Source of the DNA: Paramecium tetraurelia
Lineage: Eukaryota
NCBI GenBank assembly: GCA_000165425.1
Contig: CT868024.1
Coordinates: 1 to 64,000 of the forward strand
Direction of reading: 5' to 3'
Length of the DNA: 64,000 nucleotides
In this document: piece by piece, positions 38,953-51,872 of the stretch
How positions within the stretch are numbered: the stretch's first letter is position 1
Layout: each line of letters begins with the position of its first letter
Position numbers and translations under genes: made by a program
The notes under the pieces: generated by a model
Told to the model about the DNA's origin: nothing
Database searches by the model: none
What the model saw: only the letters and a program-made list of their open reading frames with translations

Positions 38953-41411
38953 TCAAAATACACTATCCCATTCAGCATCCTTTGCACTTGCTAGGACTTT
39001 CTTCTACCCTTAGGTATCTTTCTATATTTAATCAAAAACAGAGATAGCTCGTTGTTATGCACTCTATATCTAAGCGGGTGTCATAACCTTGTCTTTTCCT
39101 GGTAACAATGGTGCCTTCAAGCTCTTATTCAATAGTTTCTCCTAGAATAGAATTGCATATCATAAATACCCAATCATAATCCTTAAACCAAACATGAGAT
39201 TTCAGAGTAGAGTATGATCCTCCTAGTCTAACTTCTGGGATCTTGTTCATTAATTGCTCTATAAATGGTTTTGCAGATTTGTCAGACATGAAATGTGGAT
39301 AACTGATTGGTTTCTTTATGATTTCTTTATAAATTTCAAATGGATCCTCAGCTTCTTCTCCAAATGGTAATCCACCACAAATAAATTCATATACACACAC
39401 TCCTACACTCCATAAATCAGCAAAGTAACCATAACCTTTTCCTGAAATTACTTCTGGGGCCATGTAGTGTGGAGTACCAATGATTGTAAATGTCTTAGTA
39501 GATTCTACAATGATATCTAATTATACATTAATTTTTAAAAGACTTAGCTGTTCCCATATCTATTAGTTTTAGATATCCTTTATCATCCACCATAAGATTT
39601 TCTGGTTTAATGTCTCTATACACAATGCTATGTTAAGTATGAAGATATTCCATTTATAATATCATTTATGAAGCATAGAATTGAGCATCGAATTTGCTTA
39701 ATAATCCTAAGATAATTGAATATTTTACCAATAACTCTGATGGCATCAAATAATTCCATTCCTGCTATGTATTCTGTCAAAAAGTAGATGTTTTCATTAT
39801 CTTTATAGGATCTGTAGAATTTAAGAATGAATGGGTTATCCATCAATTCTAAAACAGCCTTTTCTTATTGGATATGTTTTTATATTCCGAATTACTGGAC
39901 ATGTGCTCTTGTAACATATTTGAGAGCAAATAAGGTTTCTAATTCTTTAAATTTACATAAATAGACTGATCCAAATTGACCTGAGCCAAGTTTATTGAGA
40001 TAGATCAAATTTTTGAATGATTGACTCTTAATTTATTCTTCATGAGCATTGGATTTTTCTTATTGCTATGCCTTTCCTTATTGTATTTTTTCAACACTTC
40101 CTTATTGCTTTCTAAATGCTTCATAATCAATTATTGCTACATGTCCTTCTGCTTCAATAGATATAGTCTTTAGATGAGTAGTGCCTGACAATTTATCTTA
40201 TAATGAATCTTCAAATAGAATCGATCCCTTAACAAATTTAACTTTATTTTCATCAACAGCATCACTATCTAAGAGTATGACTAATTGACCAACTTTGTCT
40301 CCTTTCTAAATAATTTTGGAATTGGCAGTAAACTTTCTTACTTACACACCTTCGAGTAGTTTATCTTAATAAGTATGTGGAGTTTTGCTAAACAATTTGG
40401 ATGAATTGAGAGCCCATTTACAAATGTTTTTATAAATGATAGTTTAAACCTAGTCTCCTAAGATCTATTAAATCATATCTTTTCCTAAAGCCAACACTTT
40501 GGTATCCTTTTAGACTGCTTTGATAGTCATCATTCTCACTTGATGTTCCTACTTAAGAGCAGACTCACCAAATGAATCACTAGGATTGAGCACCGAGATT
40601 TGTTATCCATCCTTATTGAATACTCCACATTGTCCTTCCACTATGATGTAAAAGGAGCTAGCTTAATCTCCTTCATTGACAATAATTTCACCAGCATTAA
40701 ATTTTTAAGATATCAAGACTCCAGCTACTGCATCTTTTTATTCTCTTGTTAATTAATCTAAAATTAGAATGATGATTATTACTAAAGAATTTAACACTTT
40801 CCAGATATTTACGATTCTTCTCTTACTCGCTTCTCATAATGGTTTCAACACTCTTTCTAAAGGTATGTCTGTCGATTCCCCATAGGTAACACTCTTCAAC
40901 TGCCATACAAGTCGCAGATCTTGGTGCATTGTACAATAATGCTAATTCACCAAAACCTTGTCCTGGTGTTATTTCTTTTCGCGGTACATTATCCACTATA
41001 ACATTAATCTTTCCTTTTTCCAAAATGAAAAATGAGCTGGCTCCGTCTCCCTGACGTATGATGGTTTAGCCAACTGATAATTTACAATAAAACATGCTAT
41101 GAGCTAATTGAGTCCTTTGGTTAGCATATTAACATTTACAATTATGTTTCAGTCATTGAGCTAAATACGAAATGGCCTTAAAAACATTTTATGATAAATT
41201 TGATATCATCTAATGCTTGATTCTTTTGTTCAGGATGGAATGTTTCAAAGATTTGGGTCAAACCACTCTCCTGAGTTGGCTTAATTGCAATATTACGTTT
41301 CGACACTCTTCTAATTAGTTGGGCTTGAGATGGGGCTATTTGTTATTGAACATTCTTATCAATTCCGAATTCTTGGACTGAGGACTTCTAATTCCAGTGG
41401 TTTTGATCCAT
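38953..41411 (-). CDS. PKG: cGMP-dependent protein kinase
   Basis: cNMP-binding [15 protein letters not shown] and FGESAL; kinase [41 protein letters not shown]. Confidence 0.93.
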
Positions 41412-41536
41412 AATAATTATAATTATTACAAAAATATCTATTTTTCATTTAGGATATTGATTTTTATATTTAATTGGCTTAAATACTCTAAATCATAACA
41501 ATTTCAAAAGCAGCAATTTACGTCATTATTTATTAT

Positions 41537-43096
41537 ATGAAATCTCTAATTGTGCTATCTTTGTTGATATACTCAATAGCAACCCAAGAGAACTGCAGAT
41601 TTGCATTCGAATACACTCAAAAGGAATTGCAATCAGATCCCAAGAAAGTGCAAGAGTTTCTGTCCAAGGTTATGAAATGGGAATCTAAATTCGCTAAGGA
41701 TTTAGGAATCGACAAGAAATCTGGTCTAACTTTAGATGGGCAATAATTAGATGTGAACACTGGAATGCCCAATGGTAAACCACATCAATTCACTGCCTCA
41801 TCCAAGGAGTCGATCCATTTGGCACTGATTGGATTAGCTCTAGCTAATAATGAATATGCCAAATAGATCTACTCGGAAGAGGAAGCCTTGGACCTATTGA
41901 ATAGAAAGATCAATACATACGAATAGTTCGACAAGGATTACCCAGGTTATGGAGGATTCTTGCCATGGGTGGCAGTGAATGATGGAGTAGTCACTCCAAC
42001 TTGGGATTGGACTGATGGAGTACCTTCATTGGATAATGGACAGTTGTTTTGGGCTGCTTATGCAGTTGTGTCTGTGTTGGAAACATGGTATTCAGATCAA
42101 GACGAGTTGATTGGAAGATATACTAGATTCTATCAGAAGATGGCTAACAATTCCATAACAATATTCTACGAAGGTAATGGGATGATAAGAGCAGTCACTA
42201 GAATCCAAGACATCAAAGCCAGTGTGGAAAAAAACTAATACTCAAACAGATAATCAGACTGCACCAACTTCAAAAGTCCTTGTTATTTGGATGATCCATA
42301 TGAAGGAGAATTGTTTGCATGGATGATGTACTTCTATGCCCCATGGAAAGATCAAACAGAGAGAGAGAAGATATGGGTGGCAAAGAAATCCAAATTGCAA
42401 GTAGTCGATTATAAGGTTGCTGGATTGAATAAGTACATCTCAGTTCAAAGAGGATGGTGGTTTTCAGCACATGAACAATGGAAATATCTCTTCATGCCTT
42501 ATACTCATGATCAAATCCAATTAAATTTATTGATTAATGGTGAGAAAGTACGTACATGGGATGCCAGAAACAATGGCAAACCTGGAATGTTCGCTTCGAT
42601 TACCAGCAACATCACAAAGAATGAAGATCAAGTAGATTATTATAGTGCTTGTGGCATCGAAGAAGTCTCCTATATCCCTGTGACATACAGACATCTAGTT
42701 ACACCATATTCAACTATGACCATGTTTTTGGCAAATCAAGAAGTTGCAGTCTCTTGGTATCACAATATGATATCAGGACCAGCTGGACAGAATGCCTATG
42801 GAAGCACTGAAGGAGTTGTTGTAGATGGCACTTCAGTTGCTCCTTTTGTCACTTGGGACAGTAAGATGACTACAGTGTTGGGCATGTTAGGAGGCATATT
42901 TGATTATACAGCCAAGAAGTTGAATGTGGAAGGAAATTATAATCTGTTCTTGAAAGTGTTGAATAGAGAGTGGCAACAATCATTTTCTAATCTTAAAGGA
43001 GCAGATGTTCCTTTTGCATATCCCAATGCCACATTCCCATAGGTCAAGAAAGATTTCACAACCTGTGCAAGAAAAACAGATGTTGTTGAACAATGA
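41537..43096 (+). CDS. Secreted endo-beta-1,2-glucanase-like glycoside hydrolase (GH162-like), 519 aa, intronless
   Basis: Four ORF-track fragments join through TAA/TAG into one 1560-nt frame; signal peptide; CRFA, SKES, YPGYGGFLPW, PTWDW..VPSLDNG, LDDPYEGELF, GWWFSAHEQWK, TWDSK match recalled motifs of fungal TfSGL. Confidence 0.85.
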
Positions 43097-43123
43097 ATAC
43101 GTTTATATGTTGTATAAATAGAT

Positions 43124-46100
43124 TCATTTCTTATATTATTAAAATGGGTTGACAAACTCTGGAACTACAGAGTGAATCTTGTTGCTTGAACGGATAAATG
43201 TGGTTTTCCTTTTTAATTTCAAGGTCTCCTTTAGATTTTTCAAAGCATTCTCCACTCTACCCGCTTTTTTCATTGGAGTTATAGATTTCACTTTATCATT
43301 CCTTTTCAATCTCAAGAAGTTTTGGATGTACAAAAAGGGATACAACATGAACTTACGCATTCTCTAAAGGATTCTAGTCTGCCATTCAAAAATGTCGTAT
43401 TTTACATACAATATCACATCTTCCACATTTTGTTTATTATAATATGATTCAAAGGATGCCTTGATCTCAAAATCATCAAATTTCTACTGATTGAATGACC
43501 AATAGTTTGGTTCCAACTATAATAATGCTTTCTTGCTGATATTATCATTCTCGTTCAACTCCAGATTCCGTTGTAATTGATGATATAGATTTGTGATATT
43601 GTCCAACATATTGTTATTGAAATCCTATATTGCCTCTGCTATCTCCTCTCTCTTTTTTTTAAAATCAATAGAGGTATTCATCTCGTTGTCATCACTTGAA
43701 ATATTCTAAAATCCACTTTCGAATTCCTTGATCTCGTCTACCAATGGTATAGGTCTATCCTTACGATTTCTGGGACTCTTACTCATTCCGAAAGCACCTG
43801 CTAAAATTGACTATTTTCTATTCTATAGAGCATTATTGAGATTCTATCTTAATTCATTCACATTATTTTGCTAATCAGTTTTCATTTAATGTTGCTAATC
43901 ATTCATAATTGTTTATTTCTGTAGTGGTGTGTTATTATTCTAATCACTGATTAACCTATTCACTCGAGAAGATCTAATATGTTAAGCTTAAAATATAGGA
44001 GCAGTTTGAGGTAGTTTAAATGCTGGGGAACCTGCATCATCATCGAGTGATGAGTTGGAATCTGATCCACATTCAAAATTCAATAAGATTCTGGTGTGAT
44101 TCATTATGATTTATTGATTCTCATTCTAAAAAACTGAAGCATATTATTGAGCCAAATCCTTCATCAATCTTGTATGCCACTGTTATTTCTCCTTATCCTA
44201 TTTCCTTGTATACTAGGAGGAATTCTGAAAGTTAGACATGCAATATCTTTTTATTACAGCTTCCCTATTAGGAACATATTAAACTTAAGGACATGTATTG
44301 AGAGAATGTTTAAAACTTAAACATGCTGGACAGAATACACCATTTTCCAATGCAGGCGGATGACAACTCAAAGTAATGCCTTCTTTCAATTAACAGTACT
44401 TTTGAAAATCCTCAGGATAATCCTTCAATGTTTCCATGAAATCAGATTTGGACAATATCAATAAACTAACATATCCTATGGCTTTGAAGTGATCGACTTG
44501 AGGATTATTAGTAATGAAATCATTAACGCAAAAGAATTATCCCTAATTAATCACAGCATTCATCTTAGATCTTTATTTTCTCTCAGGATGCTAATACACT
44601 ATGAAACCTTGTTCAACAAAACATAAATGTTATTCATTTGAGAAATCAGTAGAGAAGGTATTCTAAGGAGGTACTATCTTTCTCTTAATAGACTTGAATA
44701 GTGCATTACGCAACTCTTCACTGAAGTACTTCTACAGGAAATCTGACTTTTAGATGAACACTTTGTGTGCCTGCTTGTCCAATTCCTCTTTCAATTCATC
44801 AGATAACTACTCTAATAATGTCTGTTCCATCTCAAGATCTACTTCATCATCTTCCTTCCATCTGAATGTCAAATACTCCTTCACTCTAAGATTAGATAAT
44901 AATACAGTACTGGTGTTGTAAACTATATGGAATCTTCCTTTAATTCATGTACTTGTTGATTACTCTCATTCTCCTATTCCTTTCCACTTAGTTCTGGGTG
45001 ATGTCATCGATGATGCTGCCAATGAAGTTAACACTGTAAGATACCCATAAACCTATTCAAATAAGAGGAATATTCTTACATGCACCCAACACAAATACCA
45101 TAGTCACTATTTTCTCAATAGCATTTTTAGGCACCATGTCACCATATCCTATAGTTAACATTGTGACCACTGCGAAGTAGAGTGCCTATAAGTATTGCTC
45201 TTCCCAACTCTTATCTTCAATATCATTAAATCGAATCCATGAGTCCTCCACTCGAATACTACTGAAATAGAACCAGATGCAACTAAATAAGTGCAGGATG
45301 TAGAGCAATGTCAAAATGAATTTCAATAGACTAAACACTCCTCTTTAGGGTCGAGTCAAATAGGATATCTAATCACTCTTTGCAAAGGTCTCGTACACAT
45401 ATTTGTGTTGACCTAAGATGACCAGTAAGAATAAATTGGCACTGGTGTTCATGTCAGGGATAATCATGAAGATTATCAAAATCAAGGATGTTGAGAAATC
45501 TGTGAGAAATTCCTTTTTCAATTGATGGACTACCAAATCCCATTTATCCTTTATGGCATATCCATTCTTATAAGTTAAAGTGTTCACTCGAATCAAGAAG
45601 TCCAATTACAATATAACGAGAATCACATATGTAATTTATATGAGATTATTGAAAAGGATTTCTGGTTTAAATGCAATTTCCAAAGGTACCAGAATTAAAA
45701 GCAAAATTCTAAATATGGAAGTGAAGAAATCCCAATACATTTTGAATAACGATTCTGGTTGGATGATAGGGATTTTAGTGATGATTGCATGGAGACAATT
45801 AAAAAGCGGTTTTCGAAGTTTCTTCAAATCCTCCTTCACTTATTCCACTATTGTTGTATCCTTGATATCAGTTTCTTTTTTCAACAAGGTCTACATCTTC
45901 TTGATGTTGAACCCAGCTGACTTCATGCGCTTGGAATGCATGAATAGGGTTTGTCTATTATAGTGATATGAATTTACGAATCAGATGCCTTGTCTCCTAT
46001 CAAATTGAAATGAGCATCGTTTAGACTACCCAATTACTTTCGACTTTTGGACAGTTTCTCCACAAACCTTCCAATATAAAACAAGGACATAAAACTAGAT

Positions 46101-46411
46101 TCTGCATTTGCCTAACTTCTCCTTCTTTCAACCTACCTTCCATGAAAAACTGGCTCCTTTGGAGTCTAGATGTTCGAAGCTAGAATGTTCTCGTCATTAT
46201 TCGAGTCTGGCGATTTTGGACTATGCAAATATTTTGCTTCTAGACTTTTTGCACTCAATGTTCTGCTGGCTATCTGAGGCAACACTAACGAGAATTCCTT
46301 CTTAGTCTCTCGCAAACACTAACCCAAGTATTACTACTCAAAATCCTCATTCTACACCGCCCTCAATTCCACATCCTACTCGAAATCAAAACCACTCTAG
46401 AGATTTAACAT
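43124..46411 (-). CDS. Cyclic-nucleotide-binding-domain K+ channel (EAG/KCNH-like)
   Basis: KMYWDFF S1 region; pore ALYFAVVTMLTIGYGDMVPKNAIEK; C-linker INKYMNQRKIPYSLQ; CNBD; Cys/His motif CPACLSFKHSLNTCP. Confidence 0.92.
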
Positions 46412-47306
46412 TTAATTAATAAATCAAATTCTTTAAGTTGAGATCCTATTGTATTTTAAAAAAAGAAGGTCCATTTCCAGAAGATTAAAATTATTCGAAA
46501 ACAAAAGACCATTTTGATGAGAAATAATTTACACTCGATTATGATCAGTGCAATACAGAAATTGATAGTGTGGAGTCTCATCCATCACAAATTTAATTAC
46601 ATTATAACCCCTTTTGCATTTTTATCCACTTATAGTTTGAGTTGCTCAGGAAGAAAAAAAAATATTGTTGGAAAAGAGATAATTAAATTGAATAAATCTA
46701 AATATTATAAAATGCTTGAATGCCTTTACAAAAGATTGCTAATTACTATAATAGAACCATTTTAAGGCATATTTATAGTCCTTGTAAAAGAGTATCATCA
46801 GATAGCTTTTATATTAGAACTAGACTCCTGTTTTTAAATAATCTGATTATTAATGAATTTCATTTATGCTTATACTTAATTAACAGAGTTTAAAAAGGAC
46901 AAAATTTGTCAAACAAACTAACTCCAATCTATTCTAACGTTTAATTCTTGAACAATAAATCAATCTTCTTAGTTCTTATCTTATTCAATAGTTATCATAT
47001 CTCTTTTGGAGTATAAATCAATATTAGATCATTTCTAAATCTTTAATTTACTGACATATTTCTTTAGAACTCATTGATATATATTGTGTTTCCTAAAGAT
47101 ATGGAGTGAAACTAGAATCTATCGTAATTAACGATGAATTTCAGAAGCCAAAATTAAAGGTGAAAATAAATGGGTACTTAGAAAAGCATAAACAATTTCA
47201 AAGTCATATCCAAAGATTGCAAAGTACATTACAGATAGGGTGAAGTCATACTCATTGGATTAGACAGACAAGAGGAAATAGATAATAAAATAAGTTTGAT
47301 AATTAT

Positions 47307-48790
47307 ATGTTATATTATAAACCTAAACACTTAAAATCGGTTGTTCCTTCAATTTTTACAACTGAACCTCCAAGTGCAGCCGATTCCATAATTTTAGATT
47401 CTCGTATATTAAGCGAGGAAAAACTCAACTTGAATAGCAAGTTTGCTTTGCTTGATCAATTCAGTCATCGAGCCTTTGATATCAAAGAATATAATTTAAC
47501 TTAAAGAGAATTGCCAAGCATAAAGAAACATGTAATATAGAATAATAAATTGGATGTTTGGGGTGAAACAACCTTGACCCTCTATAGAAACCAATTCCTT
47601 TATACATCCTTAGATATCCATGAAAAATATTCACCAGTAGTCTTATTCATCTACGTAAAAAAAGGTGATCCCAATACTAAAATGCGATTGTTTTGTTCTG
47701 TTAGATTTTAATAACCCAATCGTTTCAATGCAGAGATCGAAACTTATGGTCGAGTGCTTAAATATCACTCAAGCGATGGCACAACTTTTTATGATCCTAC
47801 TCTTTATGTTGCAATATTAGCACAAAATGATGTGGTTATTACTATCAAAAATGAATTTGCGAAACCTCCCTTACCTAGAAAAATCCTGTAATTGAAAAAA
47901 AAGGATGAACAAAATCAGGAATTTGAAGAATTAGCTGATTTAATCATTCGAAAACGAAAGTTAAAACAGAAATCTTTAAATTTCATCAATTTTAATAGAT
48001 CATTGCTTCGAAAACAAAGGATTGAATCTCCATGTAATACTGAACGATTAAAAGAGATAAAGTACAAATAGACATCCATATTGAAAGAATAAAACCTAAA
48101 ACATATTGCGTAGATTGCTTTACATGATGTTGCAAAAGAAATCAAGCATAAATAGATGAACATCCAACTCAAGTAATCTACTTTACTTATAAATATAGAT
48201 AGATGCACAAAGAATGGATTTGTAAGAAATGGATTTAAATTGTCATTCTAATAAATTACATAGTACCATCAATAAGTAATTATATTAAAGTACAAAAACG
48301 CATATCTGAGAAGAACATGAGGAAATAAATATTGACGATGCAATTTATTAACAAAATTAAACATAACATCTTATTACAAGGACCAAAAATAAAACCAAGA
48401 ACCTTGTTGCTCTGTAAAATGAGCATGTAGATTTGCATCCATAGTCAACAGGATAAGGTTAAATAGAAGAGTCAACATATCATAATCGAAATTCTGAGAT
48501 AAAACATCAAAAGCTATTATACAGTCACAAAGGGCTTACACACTGTCAATCTAAGTAAGTGATCATTTGGATTTAGTTAAAAAATGCATCAACATGCTTG
48601 TTAGACACAAGAATAAGAGGTTGGAATTCATGGCTTAGATGAAGATTGCGATATCCCATCAATGCAAACAGATCTATGGGGACATCTTGAAGATGAAGTA
48701 GCAATCAATCTCGCAACTGCCCCTTTAGCAATAGTAGCAGCAGGAGAAGAATAAGAACAAGAGGGATCCCCTTCATTACTTAATTCATGA
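47307..48790 (+). CDS. Hypothetical basic 485-aa protein
   Basis: Open frame with one 26-nt intron (1458 nt spliced); no domain recognised. Confidence 0.72.
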
Positions 48791-48833
48791 TTAGTATAGA
48801 ATTTATTATTATCATTTTAATAGATAATTTATA

Positions 48834-49058
48834 ATGTTTATATATAAGAAATTATTCACCAATGTGTTACAGAAATGGAATTAAGACTTTGATGCTTTTC
48901 GAACAGTCTATCATGACAGTAAGAAAAAAGGATTGGCTTTGTTGTTGAGACCATTACCCTTAGAAATACCAAAGGAAGAGATTATTAATAACTATATTGT
49001 GGAGGAATTGGATCGTAGAGGATTGATTAATTATTAATATTATCCGTTAAATTAATGA
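48834..49058 (+). CDS. Hypothetical 74-aa protein whose stop overlaps the next start
   Basis: MFIYKKLFTNVLQKW..LRPLPLEIPKEEIINNYIVEELDRRGLI..; TGA 49056-49058; an alternative 31-nt intron would end it earlier. Confidence 0.5.
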
Positions 49059-49618
49059 ATTCTCCAAGAGCAGAAACTCTGGATTTAGAATTAAATGACA
49101 CTATCAACAAGATCTATAATGGTTGTTAGAAGATCAATGATAAACATCTCAAAATAAGGATATTGCAATGGCTGGATAAAGTGAGAACGCCAACTCATAA
49201 TTTTATTTGGAAATAGAATTCTTTATTATATGCTCGTGTTCTATTGGAGATGACTCTTGAAAAATAATTAGACAAACCCTTTAGAGGAGTGCCTCCAGAT
49301 GGGCCATTGCCGAGATTGGACAAATTTGATGTCGTAATTGATTTGTAATTTAATAGTAAGCCTCAACAGGTTTGGCAGAAACTGAAACAAGTTCAGTAGG
49401 CCCAATCTCCCAGGAAACCTTTGGGGATGATTTTGAATAGGAACCTGACTCCAAAGTTGAAGACTGAGCCTGGGTCTTACAAATGCAACAAATTCCATAA
49501 TAGTCAGAAATCTCAGAAGTGGAATCAAATCAAGGAGACTCTGGAAGGGGCTAATAAAAATATGCAAGAATTTAAACAATTTTTAGAAAATTTATAAACT
49601 TAATAACTATCTCTTTGA
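49055..49618 (+). CDS. DUF4485 (CEP112 N-terminal-like) domain protein
   Basis: RILQWLDKV..FIWKQNSLLYARVLLEM..LDKPFRGVPPDGPLP fits the recalled DUF4485 pattern; 564-nt open frame. Confidence 0.75.
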
Positions 49619-49625
49619 ATTATTA

Positions 49626-51134
49626 ATGTTATTTATTATTATATAAATCCTATTGACTTAAGCATAACAAAACTAAACTAACTATCTTTACCTTTTCAAT
49701 CAATCTGCACTCGAAATTCAAGTCACTCTATACTCACACATTAATCAACCCTTTATTTTGGCATCTTCCAATAAAAAATTTGAAAACATATTTTATGTAG
49801 AAGGACAGGATAAAATTCAATCTCTGAATTATGATCATGAGTCATTCATCACAAACAACGATGTCCATGTCATATTTACTGAACCTGCTGTTGATTTGTA
49901 CATTTATGCTGGTTACTTAAATCAATCATATAATCAATACTCCAATTTCTCAATCCTAATCAATAATCAATCTGGAGAATGTCCTTCCTTTTGTATTCAA
50001 AGAGGTAATTCATGTAATTCAATTAGCAAATAGTGTTTATGCAAATCCGGCTACTTCGGACGGTTTTGCTAACTCTAGAGGAAAATCGGAGTTTTATAAA
50101 TCCAATATGACATCATTATCAAACCACTTTAATGGGTCTACATAGGTTTTGAAACCAAGCAATTGAATTCGAATGACACTTTAAAATTGAGGATTCGTGA
50201 TCAGTCATCTGAAATGCTCATGGGATTGGGAATGTAAGGAATAGAAAACCACGAAGTTCCCAACATCCATTATGACGCATACATAATACCAAAGAAGATA
50301 CAACAGTAGATCTATCAATTGAAGGGCGATTTAATCTATTATCAATCCATGTGTATGAATTGCTCATTTTTGAATATCGGATTTTACAATTAACATTCCT
50401 TTCCAATATTGTTTTATTTTGAACTCTTTGAGAAGGAACAACTAAAAGAGAACGACCCCTATCATTTGTAGACCATCCTGCAATCCATCTTCCTTACTTG
50501 TTTCATAATGATCACTTACTTGATATTTAGGAAAATAAGACAGAAACAACAGAGAGAGCAGATCAGATTGGTCTAACGAGAAGCGAGAGGAAACAGACGG
50601 AGAAGAAGAATATAACAATAATAAAATGACGAGATTTAAAAAGGGTTTAATTTAGACTTTATCTCAACATATTTCCCTCAATTCTATTACTTAGACTTGG
50701 TAGATAAGTATCCTCAATTAAGTGAATTTGTAGAATGTGTGGTTTGTTTGGAATCAATGGCTCCTCCTCAATAAGGCAAATTGACAGAAAGAGATCACAT
50801 TGATCATTGTTCATTGACTCCGTGTTATCATCTATTTCATTAGCATTGTCTCTTCAAATGGTTACAGACTCAAAAATGTTGTCCGCTGTGTCGTAAGGAA
50901 TTCATTGAACAGGACATTAAAAACAAACCTTGGATCAGTTTTAACAATGATATTAGTTTAAGAGAAAGCAGTAGAGCGAATCCTTTTGTTTAGAGGATGA
51001 AGACTAGAAGTGAGAACACTTAGCAATCTGACATTCCTTTGATGGTGGACACTGAGAATGTGGAAACTCAACCTAATAAAGATATTGTTGTAAATATTGT
51101 TTAAAAGAGTGCAAGAGATTTGATTATAAGATGA
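49626..51134 (+). CDS. Single-pass membrane RING-H2 E3 ligase with extracellular EGF-like domain
   Basis: Signal-like start; CPSFC..CNSISKQCLCKSGYFGRFC; TM ILQSIFLTCFIMITYLIF; CVVCLE..PCYHLFHQHCLFKWL..CPLCR; 1509-nt intronless frame. Confidence 0.88.
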
Positions 51135-51183
51135 ATTTATATTATAATTTATATTATAATTTTTAACAACTTTTTCAAAGTAA

Positions 51184-51862
51184 ATGCCTCCATTTACTCC
51201 AGATGCGCGTAATTTAGGTGGTAGGAATTTAATATCTTAACAAATTTGGAATCATTTACAATAACTGAAGGAAATATCATAACAAATACCTCAACTTTTG
51301 ATTTCACCACGCAAAGTTCCCAATTCACCTAAACAAAGTATCGAACCTTTAAATTGCAAGAGAATGAATCGGAAACAAGACTATCTACTCTGTCCAACTT
51401 ACTTGTTTAGACGGAAAACGGTTTCTGAAAGTTTCACATCATTGAGTCCAAAACATATTCAAGATGAAACACAATTGCTGTTCTAAGAACCTCTTTTGAG
51501 AAGACAGAAGAATTTGAAATCTCCTCAGAAGATCTTCCCGTTCAGCACCATTCAATTGGGAGCATTGTACAGAGTCAAGGCTAATGAAATCAAGATCAAT
51601 AAAAATCAGGATCTCATGTAAGATTGTCTGTAATAAAAGATAATGGAATGAAGTGGAGCAGGATGTGAGGGACTTGAATAACAGCTTCGATGAATTGCTG
51701 ATCCAGATCCAACAGATCGTTATGGATTTCGGGATATTCAGTGCATAGGATTATCAGATTCTGATCTAGATGATCTTGCGTCTCAAACCTCAAATCCCCA
51801 AAATGGACTTACTCAATATATTTAATGAATTGATTATTAAGCAATAATTATAACTGTCTTGA
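51184..51862 (+). CDS. Hypothetical 218-aa protein
   Basis: Open frame after removing a 22-nt intron near 51618-51639; TGA 51860-51862. Confidence 0.65.
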
Positions 51863-51872
51863 TCATTAATTA

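Noticed and set aside
38953..46411. PKG and a cyclic-nucleotide-binding K+ channel close together as a cGMP signalling cluster
   Set aside because: Both families are greatly expanded in Paramecium and an unrelated hydrolase lies between them, so proximity is likely chance
47040..47243. Open plus-strand frame (YGVKLESIVINDEFQKPKLKVKING..) ending in TGA
   Set aside because: No in-frame start found; possibly a remnant, not supportable as a gene
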